From an uncultured Rikenella sp. (GTDB taxonomy: Bacteria; Bacteroidota; Bacteroidia; Bacteroidales; VadinHA17): DNA of 24,000 bases. The position numbers were made by a program, and so were the translations under genes. The first letter of the stretch is position 1. Every line of letters starts with the position of its first letter. Positions 8,043-16,858 of this stretch are shown here, piece by piece. The DNA lies in contig CAZIRN010000004.1 in NCBI GenBank assembly GCA_964541495.1, positions 1,267 to 25,266 of the forward strand, written 5' to 3'. The notes below the pieces were generated by a model. That model saw nothing but the letters and a program-made list of their open reading frames with translations, made no database searches and was not told the origin of the DNA.

Positions 8043-8903
8043 ATGGAACAGAGTGAAAAAAATGAAAAGCTTATTGTTGTGCCCTGGGATTTTACAGAGG
8101 TTGCAGAGAGCGCACTTGCTCATGCTGTTAAAATAAGCCGGATGGTTTCGAATGAAATATGCCTTCTGCATATTGTTGACGAAAAAATAAAACCTGCGGA
8201 GGAAAAGAAAAAAATGGAAAGCCTTGGCAAAATAGCCGAGGAGAACAGCCATAAATACAATGTGCCCATATCAGGGCATATCGAAAAAGGTTCGATATTT
8301 AAATCCATCTCTGCTTTTGCAAATGATAAAAATGCAAGTCTTGTGGTTATGGGAACTCATGGCATAAAAGGGATGCAGAAGCTAACAGGCAGCTGGGCTT
8401 TGAAAGTGATTGTCAAATCAAAAGTTCCCTTTATTGTTGTTCAGGATCCTCCACGCGACTGGGAAAGATATCATAATATTGTTTTCCCTGTTGACTTCCG
8501 GAGTGAAAATAAGGAAAAGATGAAAATGGCAATCTTTATGGGGAAATATTTCGATTCAAAAATTCATATTATAAAGACAACGCCTAGCGACAAAACCCTT
8601 TTAAAAAAGACAAATATCAATCTGAATTTTGCTATAAAATATCTTATACAGAATGATATAGAATATGAGATTCATGATATGCCGAAGGGAGATTTTGCAC
8701 AGCAGACCATTGATTTTGCACAAAAAATCAATGCCGACCTCATATTAATAGTGACAACAAAGAACATTACATTTGCCGACTACGTTCTTGGGGCATCTGA
8801 GCAATATATTATTGCCAACAGTTCAAAAATACCTGTATGTTGTGTAAATCCCCGATCCTCTTTTGCAAGTGTTTCACAGTTTATGGGAGGGTGGAGCGAT
8901 TAG
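8043..8903 (+). CDS. Universal stress protein, tandem UspA domains
   Basis: Two Usp-like halves. The first contains ILVPWDFTE..LLHIVD..ASLVVMGTHGIKG. The second contains IVFPVDFRSE..IHIIKT..ADLILIVTTK. The track start at 8019 is a TTG, and the ATG at 8043 (MEQSEKNEKLIVVPWDF) is preferred. Confidence 0.8.
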   Translation: MEQSEKNEKLIVVPWDFTEVAESALAHAVKISRMVSNEICLLHIVDEKIKPAEEKKKMESLGKIAEENSHKYNVPISGHIEKGSIFKSISAFANDKNASLVVMGTHGIKGMQKLTGSWALKVIVKSKVPFIVVQDPPRDWERYHNIVFPVDFRSENKEKMKMAIFMGKYFDSKIHIIKTTPSDKTLLKKTNINLNFAIKYLIQNDIEYEIHDMPKGDFAQQTIDFAQKINADLILIVTTKNITFADYVLGASEQYIIANSSKIPVCCVNPRSSFASVSQFMGGWSD

Positions 8904-8914
8904 CAAGTGCATTT

Positions 8915-8945
8915 CCCCCGAGTTTTACAGTGCGGAGGTATTTTT
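8915..8945 (+). terminator. Weak candidate intrinsic terminator after usp
   Basis: CCCCCG (8915-8920) pairs with CGGAGG (8933-8938), giving 5 bp and one mismatch around a 12-nt loop. TATTTTT follows. The stem is short and imperfect. Confidence 0.3.
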
Positions 8946-9066
8946 AGTTTGATTAGATTTTTAACTCGCAAGCCTCAAATGTCTTTATGTATCCGTAAGG
9001 GAATTTTTCGCCTGATCGAATGATTCCGGTTTTTCAGACAGCGGGCAACCCGTTTGCTTTGCTTAG

Positions 9067-9151
9067 TACCCGGAACGGGACTTGAACCCGTACAGGCATT
9101 ACTGCCCACAGGATTTTAAGTCCTGCGTGTCTACCATTCCACCATCCGGGC
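9067..9151 (-). tRNA. tRNA-Leu (anticodon UAA)
   Basis: The minus-strand sequence is GCCCGGATGGTGGAATGGTAGACACGCAGGACTTAAAATCCTGTGGGCAGTAATGCCTGTACGGGTTCAAGTCCCGTTCCGGGTA (85 nt). It folds as follows:
- acceptor GCCCGGA/TCCGGGT
- anticodon stem CAGGA/TCCTG with loop CTTAAAA (anticodon TAA)
- long variable arm GGCA-GTAA-TGCC, typical of a class II tRNA
- T-arm ACGGG-TTCAAGT-CCCGT
- discriminator A
CCA is not encoded. Confidence 0.92.
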
Positions 9152-9258
9152 TGAAAATACTTTATAATATGAGAAAATATAAAATTGTGTTTTATGGCTT
9201 TTCTCTCTTTTTCAAACAACTCTGCGATGCAAAATTAGTCAAAATCTTAAAAAATTAT

Positions 9259-12063
9259 TCAATATTTCACAATTACCGGTTTGCCGAAGCCTACCTTCTC
9301 AAGTTCCTTCGCCTGCGTTTTGGCATCGCCCGCAACAACATAATACATTCGGGAAGGATCAATATATTTTCTTGCATACTCGAGTATCTTGTCAGATGTC
9401 AGGTCTTTAACAAAAGCTTCCTCTAGTTTTATATAATTCTTAGGCAGGTTATATGCGCTCATTGTATTTAACATATCGGCCAGGCTTCCAAGTGTTTCGA
9501 ACCTGAGAGCATTACCTTTCATAAGAGCCGATTTCGTGAAATCAACATATTCCTGAGGAATATACTGGCGGTATTTTTCCATTTCGTTTTTGAATATTGT
9601 TACGGACTCAAGCGTGGCATTTGTCCGTACCCTTGATGAGGCAGTAAAAGCACCGTAATTTTTCCCTCCTGAGAAAGATGAGCGTGCTCCATATGTAAAG
9701 CCTTTTTCTTCTCTCAGAATCAGGTTAAAAATACCATTGAATGAACCGCCAAGTTTATAGTTTGCAACCGTTGCAGGGAAGAAATCCGGATTGCTCCTTG
9801 ATATTGCTGGCGCACCGATTGAAATAACCGATTGTTTTGCACCCGGCACATCAACCAGATAAATCACAGATTTTTCCGGCGGTCCCGGTAACTTAAATTC
9901 AGGGAGTAAAACCTCTTTTGGCTGCCATTTTGTATTAATAGCTGTGAGTGACTTTTCAACCCTCTCCTGGTCAACATCACCTGCCACAATAAATCTTGCT
10001 ACAGAAGGAGAAAAATAATTATTATAGAAATCTTTTAAATCCTCAATAGTTATTGAGGCTACTGTTTCTTCTGTTCCGGTAAGGTCATAAGCCAATATGC
10101 TGTTTCCGTATATAAGCTTATCGAGTGTGCGTGATGCCAGATAATCGGGACTTGCAGCATTCCGTTTAAGATTGTTTATTATGCGGCTTTTTGCAATCTC
10201 AAATTGTTCTTTATCCCATCTGGGTTCAAGAAGCATCTCTTCGACAAGGCTTATTGATTTCTCGAAATTTTTTGTAAGTGAATTTGCACTTATAGAAATA
10301 TCTTCATTACCTGCCCTGACGTATATTGAAGCACCTATTAACCCTATGGCATCTTCGAGTTCTTCGGGCGTTCTGTTTTTTGTCCCTTCATTCATCATTA
10401 CTGCCACCATATTTGCCAGCCCTGCTTTTTCAGGGGTATCGAGCAAGCGGCCACCTTCAATTACAAGAGTATATTGAACAAGGGGAAGTTCACTATGTTT
10501 AATCCCCCATATTTTTATACCATTAGATAAACTATCTGTCCATGGTTCGGGAATTGTAACTTCAGGATCCGGTCCGATTGGAGGCATTTTACTACGGTCA
10601 ATTCTGGTTGGTGTTTTAGCAACAGTTTCTTCCTTAATTTCGTCAATTTTTACTTCTGCCGCTTTTGTCACATCCTCTTCTATTATACCTGCATTCACTG
10701 AACCTTCCGCAATCAGATTTGACTGACCTTTGGGCACGAAGCTTGTCTCAACAAAGTTCTTGCCTTTAATGTATTTTTCGTAAACTCTTTTTATGTCGTC
10801 CATACTAACGGCCAGAATGTTTTTAAGGTCTTTTTTATAGAACTCAGGATCTCCGGTATTCATTACGTATTCGGCCAATGCAAAGGACTTACCCAGTACG
10901 CTTGAAAACCTGGAGATAAAATTTGTTTCGTTTCTTGCTTTTATTCTTGTAAGATCCTCTTCAGTATAGCCCTCTTTTTCAAATTTGTCAAAACTCTCAA
11001 ATATTGCTTTTTCAACTTCAGTCAGGTTAACTCCCGGATTTGCCGTTATTGAAATGGTGAAACTGCCTGCAAGTTCCTGGGAACTATTTCTTGCCATAAC
11101 TGAGGATGTGAGCTTTTTATCCTTCACAAGTACTTTATACATAGGCGATTTGCGGCTGCCTGAAAGAATTTCTCCGAGAAAATTGAGAGCATATGAATCC
11201 TTTGAATAGCGTTCCACAGTCGGGAAAACCATCGTGAGCCTGGGAGCCTTTGCAAAATTGTCCTCATGGAAGAGTTTAATGGTAGAATCAAGAGTTACAT
11301 TCATTGGTGCCCTTTTGTCAACAGGAGGACCGGCCGGTATCTCGCCGAAATATTTATCCACAAGCTCCTTTACCATCGCAGGGTCAAAATCTCCGGATAT
11401 TGCCATAAAAGCATTGTTAGGTACATAATATTTCCGGTGGAAAGCGATCACGTCCTCAACAGTGGCATTGGTAAGATCTTCCATTTTACCGATGACAGGC
11501 CAACTGTAGGGGTGACCTTTGGGATACAGATATTTAAGTATTAGTTCATTGTTAAACCCGTAAGGCGCATTGTCAACACTTTCACGTTTTTCGTTCTGAA
11601 CCACGTTCTGTTGATTTGCCAAAGATTTCCGGGTTACAGTATTTTCAAGATAACCCATTCTGTCCGATTCCATCCAGAGCACCATTTCAAGTGCGTTTTT
11701 CGGAATCACTTCATAATAATTTGTTCTGTCCTGACTGGTGCTTCCGTTTAACGTGCCACCAACTTCCTGAACATTCCGGAAAAATTCATCTTCTCCAACG
11801 TTCTCGGATTTCTGAAACATCATGTGTTCGAAAAGATGGGCGAAACCTGTTTTACCTTCAGTTTCACGACTTGAACCTACATGATAGTAGATAGCAACTG
11901 AAACAATCGGGTCTGATTTATCCTGATGAAGCACTACTGTGAGCCCATTAGGCATAGTGTATTTCTCAATGGGTATTTTTAACGATGTATCGGCAGTCTG
12001 CTTTTTACACGCAAAAAGAGACAGTACTGCAAATATCAATGTAAAGGATAAAAAACGATTCAT
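9259..12063 (-). CDS. M16-family (pitrilysin/insulinase-like) zinc metallopeptidase, fused double unit, lipoprotein
   Basis: 934-aa ORF. The signal/lipobox is MNRFLSFTLIFAVLSLFACKK. The inverted zinc motif HxxEH occurs in GFAHLFEHMMFQ (HLFEH = nt 11824-11838). The second half repeats the M16 fold, but the equivalent position reads GLANMVAVMMNEG, so that half is non-catalytic. Confidence 0.9.
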   Translation of the reverse strand: MNRFLSFTLIFAVLSLFACKKQTADTSLKIPIEKYTMPNGLTVVLHQDKSDPIVSVAIYYHVGSSRETEGKTGFAHLFEHMMFQKSENVGEDEFFRNVQEVGGTLNGSTSQDRTNYYEVIPKNALEMVLWMESDRMGYLENTVTRKSLANQQNVVQNEKRESVDNAPYGFNNELILKYLYPKGHPYSWPVIGKMEDLTNATVEDVIAFHRKYYVPNNAFMAISGDFDPAMVKELVDKYFGEIPAGPPVDKRAPMNVTLDSTIKLFHEDNFAKAPRLTMVFPTVERYSKDSYALNFLGEILSGSRKSPMYKVLVKDKKLTSSVMARNSSQELAGSFTISITANPGVNLTEVEKAIFESFDKFEKEGYTEEDLTRIKARNETNFISRFSSVLGKSFALAEYVMNTGDPEFYKKDLKNILAVSMDDIKRVYEKYIKGKNFVETSFVPKGQSNLIAEGSVNAGIIEEDVTKAAEVKIDEIKEETVAKTPTRIDRSKMPPIGPDPEVTIPEPWTDSLSNGIKIWGIKHSELPLVQYTLVIEGGRLLDTPEKAGLANMVAVMMNEGTKNRTPEELEDAIGLIGASIYVRAGNEDISISANSLTKNFEKSISLVEEMLLEPRWDKEQFEIAKSRIINNLKRNAASPDYLASRTLDKLIYGNSILAYDLTGTEETVASITIEDLKDFYNNYFSPSVARFIVAGDVDQERVEKSLTAINTKWQPKEVLLPEFKLPGPPEKSVIYLVDVPGAKQSVISIGAPAISRSNPDFFPATVANYKLGGSFNGIFNLILREEKGFTYGARSSFSGGKNYGAFTASSRVRTNATLESVTIFKNEMEKYRQYIPQEYVDFTKSALMKGNALRFETLGSLADMLNTMSAYNLPKNYIKLEEAFVKDLTSDKILEYARKYIDPSRMYYVVAGDAKTQAKELEKVGFGKPVIVKY

Positions 12064-12245
12064 ATAATCGAAGATAAAGGTTTGGAAATAATTTAGTTTG
12101 TAAAGTTAAGATAAAAACCTTTACAGATACAACAAATAAATTCAGAACCGCAGTCATTTTTTATGGACTGCTTTATTCTTCGGGGATATATATTGTTTTA
12201 ATGTCTGCACATATCATATTATCATCGGGTAAAGCAGGTAAATTC

Positions 12246-15200
12246 TTATTTTTTCACTTCAAAAATATCAATCTGCTTAAAATAATCTGTTCCATGCCAT
12301 GTTCCATCTGAAATAAACATAAGGTATTTGCATTTAAGATTGTTATTAAAGATATATGATATTCCTGAAGTTCTAATTCCTCTGCCAGTTTCGGAATTGT
12401 AGTATCCCACATATTGCCACCCTTTACTTTTTGGATCTCCTGTAATATCTGATTCTGTTGATGATGCCCAAATTGAAAATATCTGTTGTCCTCTGGCCAT
12501 CATCTGGGAAAAAGAGCTGCCTGCTTGTGGAGCTCCTGTTTGTTGTCCCCTGGGTCTTGATGTTTCAAAATATATGTTTATTCTGTCAACAGAAATTGGC
12601 TTTTTCAAATCAATTACAATTCTTCCTTCTCCATTATCAAAGAAAAGTGTGTCTTTAAGGGTACCTGTCCTGGAATCCAGAATATTGGAAATGTCAATTG
12701 GTTGGCCGGAATAATCAATTCCTTTTGACGATCTGCCGAAAGGATAATAAAATGCAGTTACTTTATTGCCTGAATTGACATCAGCATAGTCATTTGAAGA
12801 AGGAGGGGTGATTACGATGGTCGTATCCATTCCAGCATTTATAAGCATTCGTTTTAACCTCGGCATCATTCGTTCATCAACTTTCTCAGTAAAAAGCGGT
12901 ACCTGATAAAAATTTAAAGGTTTGAGATCCGATGTGACAATTTCATTTACTCTAAGTTTGATTGGTTTATTATCTTTAAAATCATCATATAGATTTTGCA
13001 GAGGAATTATATCATCTTTGTTATTTCTAGAAACTGTCATTGCAAAGATTTTAATTTTTGGATTATTTGGTAATACCACAGTTTTAGTTCCTCTTGGCAA
13101 CTCAACTTCATACTTATACAGGTAACTATATTGATAAGCATTGTTTCCTTCTGGTGAGTGACAATGTGACGAAAACCAAGCAATATTATCTTTTTTTACA
13201 AATGCTTCTTTAATTGAAGCTACTTTCATATTATTGAAATAAAGATCTCTTCCATAATGTTGACCTATAAAACCAGTCCAGTTTTGGAAAAGTATATTAA
13301 AACTTTTATTTCCTGTTTTTATTTGTCCATATGTATCTTCAGTTGCAGCTGCAAGAATATATAATTTGTTATATTCTCCTTCGGGCAGATTAATTTTTTG
13401 CCCTCCGGCACTTAACATATTTTTTTGGTTATCAGATTTATTACCAATTTGGAAAACAATATCCTCACTTACAACTTCCGGGGGAATTAGCTCTGCTGGA
13501 ATTGTTAGATTATTTGTGACATTTCCATCTTTTCTGTTTGTATCAAAGCTGAAACCATCTTCGTTGTAAGGCAACGAAATAAATTGCTGGACAGGTTTAC
13601 TAAATTTTGTGGCTGAATTTTCAAATTTTATGGCAAAACTTCTGATTGCATATTTGCCTATTTCAAAATTCAGATTACCATCAGAACAATTTGCATTGCC
13701 GATTCTCTTTTCCTGACCATTTACCTCAAATGCTTCAATTATTCTTGCAGGGAAACTGAGCACAACATTATTTACTTCTTTACCATAGAGTTCATTTACC
13801 CTAACTATATAAAAATCTGACTCTTCAGATTTTTTTAAGGCCATTATATCTACATTTTCTTTATTAATTTTAATAATAGATAATTCTTTACCAATCTGGC
13901 CATCATGTTTTGAAGTTTCAAATGCAATAGCAGGATTGTTTAAATTACTTGCCATCCATGGCGTTTTTGCGTATTTCCAGTCTCCGACATGTGGATATAT
14001 GGCATATTTAAAATCATGTATTCCCCAGTCCTGAGTGCCCTGGTAATAATAAGAATTTGCTGTTGGTGTATACATAAGTGTAAGACGCAAGGTACTGTTG
14101 TCTGGTTTATCAGATCCATATTTACAATCCTCAAGAATTGATACACCATAGTTATTGGAGCGGTCAGTAATGTCAATCCATTGACGACCGGGTACTTCGA
14201 ATTTTACCTCATTATTTGTTGTCCGTTGTATTGCTGCAGTATTCAAACTATATGTAGCAAATTCATTTTCAACTGTTGTTGGGAATGCTGCTTTAAGACT
14301 TACACCTTTTGACTGCCAGTCAATTTTGTTATTAACTTCAATTACTTTTCCAGATTCACCGGCAGAAAGGCTTATAATCTGGGTTATTTTAGAATTCTGT
14401 CCTTCTCTTTTAACTTCTAAGGCAACCCTAACCGGACCACTTTCAATTATCCGTATAGAGGTATTTTTATTAAGGTAATCGAAAGGAGGATTCTTTCGGT
14501 CCTTCCAATCCATGTTCCATGCAGGCCACTGAGTTGGATTCTCCTTTTGGAAATCAAGCGTGGCCGGTTTTGAAAGTACTTCCCTTGCTGCTCTTTTATC
14601 ATAAATACTCACAATATCTCCTTTATCATCAATCCTGACAAGGAAATATTTATTTTCAAGAGTTCTTTCAGTAACTGATAATTCTGAAGAGGTATATTTA
14701 TCTATGGCTTCCTGTATTCCAAAAACAGAAAAACCTCCGGATGGCAATTTTGCAAGAAAAATCATTTTTAGTTTATTGTCTTTTGCTGAAATTATCTGTG
14801 ATGGCAGATAATTACCATTTTTATCAGTAACTCTAACGTTTACAGGAAGTTTTGAATAAGGTAATTCGACAGTTACAATTTCTTCTCTTTCCCTGGCAAC
14901 CGGATTGAATACAATTATAGCCCTTCCATCAACCTGCGTGTTTAAAGTTTTTGAAATAGTTCCAACAGCATTTTTAAGTACTTCAGCAAAACTGTTCATA
15001 ACAATAAACTCATCATTCCAGGCATATTCATAGGCCTTAGGAGTACTTGTTCCGGGCAAAATATCATGGAATTGGCTTCCTAATACAAGTTCCCATGCAT
15101 TGTTAATTTTTACGAACGGATAAGCAGATCCTCCAAGCCAGTCGGCCATTACTGAAGCCATCTCCGCATTTCTGGCAAGTATTTCATTTTTTCGATTTGC

Positions 15201-16172
15201 CCTTTTCATAAATGACTGCGAGGTTAAAGAACCTGCACTATGTTCAATAAGCAGAAGATCACCTGAATAAGCAGGAAGTTTTTCTCTTAATTCCGGAGTT
15301 ATATCTTTAAACATCTGATCAGAGGATGTAAGAACAACCTTAAATTTGCTGTCCGGATTTCTTAAGCTCGCAACTGCATTGACTACATCTTCTTCTCTTG
15401 GAGCCCCGCCAACATCACCAACACCATAATATCGAAAATCGAATGAGATACCATATTTGTTTATATTATCCTGTAACCTTGTATTCCATGTATCGTTTAT
15501 ATCAAGACGGGGTTCAATATTGCTTGTATAGCTGGTGGCATTTAAAGCAGCAAGTATATTTTTACCATCCGGAGCCTCCCAGATTCCTACATTAAATGGA
15601 ATACCATTTGCTGACCTCCATGTAAGTTTTTGAGTTGAAAATCCTAATAAACCTGCATGATTCAATACCTGAGGAAGAGTTGCTACGAATCCGAAACAGT
15701 CTGGCAACATATAATCATAACTCTCCTTACTGAATTCGTGCCTGAAAAACTGATTTCCATAAAGGACCTGTCTTATTATTGATTCCGAGGAAGAAATATT
15801 CACTTCTCCCTCATCCACAGATGAACCGGAGATAAACCATCTCCCCTGTCTGATGTAATCAGTAACTTTTTTGAATGATTCAGGGTAATATTCCTTCATC
15901 ATTTTGTATCTTCTGGATCCGGTAAAGTTGAAAACATAGTCAGGATATTTCTCAAATAGTTTGAAATTATCCTCCATAGTATTTTTTATGTACTGATTAA
16001 TAGTGGTAGGGTATTCCCAGTTCCACTCTGTATCCAAATGAGCATAACCAATCGTATAAAGAACTTTGTCTTTATTAATGTCATAGTGACCTCTTCTTTC
16101 AAGTGGTTGAGCTGTTAAATGATAAACAGAAATTAATAAAAATAATAAAATTATTATTCCTTTCTTCTTCAT
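12246..16172 (-). CDS. Glycoside hydrolase family 38 alpha-mannosidase, secreted, with ~450-aa C-terminal extension
   Basis: GH38 N-domain motifs GYAHLDTEWNWEY and MLPDCFGF, plus the central motif GSQFHDILPGTS. The track start (16199) is a TTG. The ATG at 16172 gives MKKKGIIILLFLLISVYHLTAQ, a clean signal peptide. Confidence 0.9.
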   Translation of the reverse strand: MKKKGIIILLFLLISVYHLTAQPLERRGHYDINKDKVLYTIGYAHLDTEWNWEYPTTINQYIKNTMEDNFKLFEKYPDYVFNFTGSRRYKMMKEYYPESFKKVTDYIRQGRWFISGSSVDEGEVNISSSESIIRQVLYGNQFFRHEFSKESYDYMLPDCFGFVATLPQVLNHAGLLGFSTQKLTWRSANGIPFNVGIWEAPDGKNILAALNATSYTSNIEPRLDINDTWNTRLQDNINKYGISFDFRYYGVGDVGGAPREEDVVNAVASLRNPDSKFKVVLTSSDQMFKDITPELREKLPAYSGDLLLIEHSAGSLTSQSFMKRANRKNEILARNAEMASVMADWLGGSAYPFVKINNAWELVLGSQFHDILPGTSTPKAYEYAWNDEFIVMNSFAEVLKNAVGTISKTLNTQVDGRAIIVFNPVAREREEIVTVELPYSKLPVNVRVTDKNGNYLPSQIISAKDNKLKMIFLAKLPSGGFSVFGIQEAIDKYTSSELSVTERTLENKYFLVRIDDKGDIVSIYDKRAAREVLSKPATLDFQKENPTQWPAWNMDWKDRKNPPFDYLNKNTSIRIIESGPVRVALEVKREGQNSKITQIISLSAGESGKVIEVNNKIDWQSKGVSLKAAFPTTVENEFATYSLNTAAIQRTTNNEVKFEVPGRQWIDITDRSNNYGVSILEDCKYGSDKPDNSTLRLTLMYTPTANSYYYQGTQDWGIHDFKYAIYPHVGDWKYAKTPWMASNLNNPAIAFETSKHDGQIGKELSIIKINKENVDIMALKKSEESDFYIVRVNELYGKEVNNVVLSFPARIIEAFEVNGQEKRIGNANCSDGNLNFEIGKYAIRSFAIKFENSATKFSKPVQQFISLPYNEDGFSFDTNRKDGNVTNNLTIPAELIPPEVVSEDIVFQIGNKSDNQKNMLSAGGQKINLPEGEYNKLYILAAATEDTYGQIKTGNKSFNILFQNWTGFIGQHYGRDLYFNNMKVASIKEAFVKKDNIAWFSSHCHSPEGNNAYQYSYLYKYEVELPRGTKTVVLPNNPKIKIFAMTVSRNNKDDIIPLQNLYDDFKDNKPIKLRVNEIVTSDLKPLNFYQVPLFTEKVDERMMPRLKRMLINAGMDTTIVITPPSSNDYADVNSGNKVTAFYYPFGRSSKGIDYSGQPIDISNILDSRTGTLKDTLFFDNGEGRIVIDLKKPISVDRINIYFETSRPRGQQTGAPQAGSSFSQMMARGQQIFSIWASSTESDITGDPKSKGWQYVGYYNSETGRGIRTSGISYIFNNNLKCKYLMFISDGTWHGTDYFKQIDIFEVKK

Positions 16173-16374
16173 AGAATTCAAAATTAATAAGTTAAACAAT
16201 ATTAGTAATTTTTTTCAGGTTCCTTAAATCTTATTAAGAAGTCAAATATAATTTAATTTATCTTGTGTGGATTGTTAAAAAAGATTAATTTTTGCTTTCA
16301 GCTTAAATAAAATAGACTAAGATGTATAACTGGAAATTAATTAATTTTTTGTTTTAACTTTCCTCTTAACCGAC

Positions 16375-16382
16375 TATATTTG
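16375..16382 (+). promoter_or_regulatory. Candidate -7 box TATATTTG (exact TAnnTTTG) with a TTTG at 16348-16351 as a possible -33 element
   Basis: Both elements of the two-part Bacteroidota promoter consensus are present, 23 nt apart. They lie upstream of the phasin-like/UbiB pair: 27 nt from the ATG at 16409 and 111 nt from the ATG at 16493. Confidence 0.4.
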
Positions 16383-16492
16383 TATAAGATTTATTCATGA
16401 TAATTTGAATGAGGCAAAATATTGGAAAGTCGTATAATAAAAGTTTATTTCAAAAGATAACAATTAACGTTGAAACATTTAAAAATAGAAAC

Positions 16493-16792
16493 ATGTCGGA
16501 ATTAATTAAAAAAACAATTTTAGCAGGGCTTGGTGCTATATCACTTAGTCGTGAAAAGGCCGAAGAAATAGCCGGGGATTTAATAAAGAGAGGCGAGCTG
16601 GCAAAAAATGAAGAAGCAAAATTTGTCAAAGACCTGATGGACATTGCAGAAAAAAATAAGGCCAGGCTGGAGGAGAAAATAGAAGAAGTTGTGGAAAAAA
16701 CACTGACCCGACTTGACATACCAACACGAAAAGAAATAAACGCGCTCAGAGAAGAGATCAACAGGCTTTCAAAGAAGGAAAAGAAAGCATAG
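16493..16792 (+). CDS. Phasin-like coiled-coil protein (PHA-granule-associated / COG3937-like small protein)
   Basis: MSELIKKTILAGLGAISLSREKAEEIAGDLIKRGELAKNEEAKFVKDLMDIAEKNKARLEEKIEEVVEKTLTRLDIPTRKEINALREEINRL matches the pattern I recall for the phasin-like family. The longest ORF starts at the ATG at 16409, but its 28 extra residues look like translated AT-rich leader. The start choice is uncertain. Confidence 0.7.
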   Translation: MSELIKKTILAGLGAISLSREKAEEIAGDLIKRGELAKNEEAKFVKDLMDIAEKNKARLEEKIEEVVEKTLTRLDIPTRKEINALREEINRLSKKEKKA

Positions 16793-16858
16793 CACGATTA
16801 TTCTTGGCTTAGTTGATTTTGACCTCTGCTTACTTTGCGTTAATGCCTGATATATTGC

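Noticed and set aside
9067-9151. tRNA-Leu as a possible integration site for a genomic island
   Set aside because: No integrase, no direct repeat of the tRNA 3' end, and no mobile-element genes were seen on either side. The flanking genes are ordinary (usp and an M16 peptidase).
9082-9426. 114-aa plus-strand ORF spanning the tRNA-Leu gene and the 3' end of the M16 peptidase gene
   Set aside because: It overlaps a well-folded tRNA and runs antisense to a strongly supported CDS. The translation is low-complexity and has no motifs.
12150-12171. Hairpin GCAGTC-N10-GACTGC between the GH38 and M16 genes as a terminator for GH38
   Set aside because: The stem is only 6 bp. The T-rich tail (TTTATTCTT) follows it on the plus strand, but the gene to be terminated is on the minus strand, where the trailing sequence is GGTTCTG. 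It may still be weakly functional, but I cannot support the call.
12246-16172. The GH38 gene looked more AT-rich than its neighbours, which could suggest horizontal acquisition
   Set aside because: This impression came from counting a few 60-nt lines only, and they varied widely. I did not compute window-wide GC or codon statistics. No mobility genes or boundary repeats flank the gene. A sliding-window GC and codon-usage calculation would be needed.
16450-16761. 103-aa Ser/Phe/Ile-rich ORF antisense to the phasin-like gene
   Set aside because: It is the mirror image of a Lys/Glu-rich (GAA/AAG/AAA) coding sequence, which keeps the complementary frame open automatically. It has no recognisable motifs, whereas the sense-strand product has a coherent family-like sequence.
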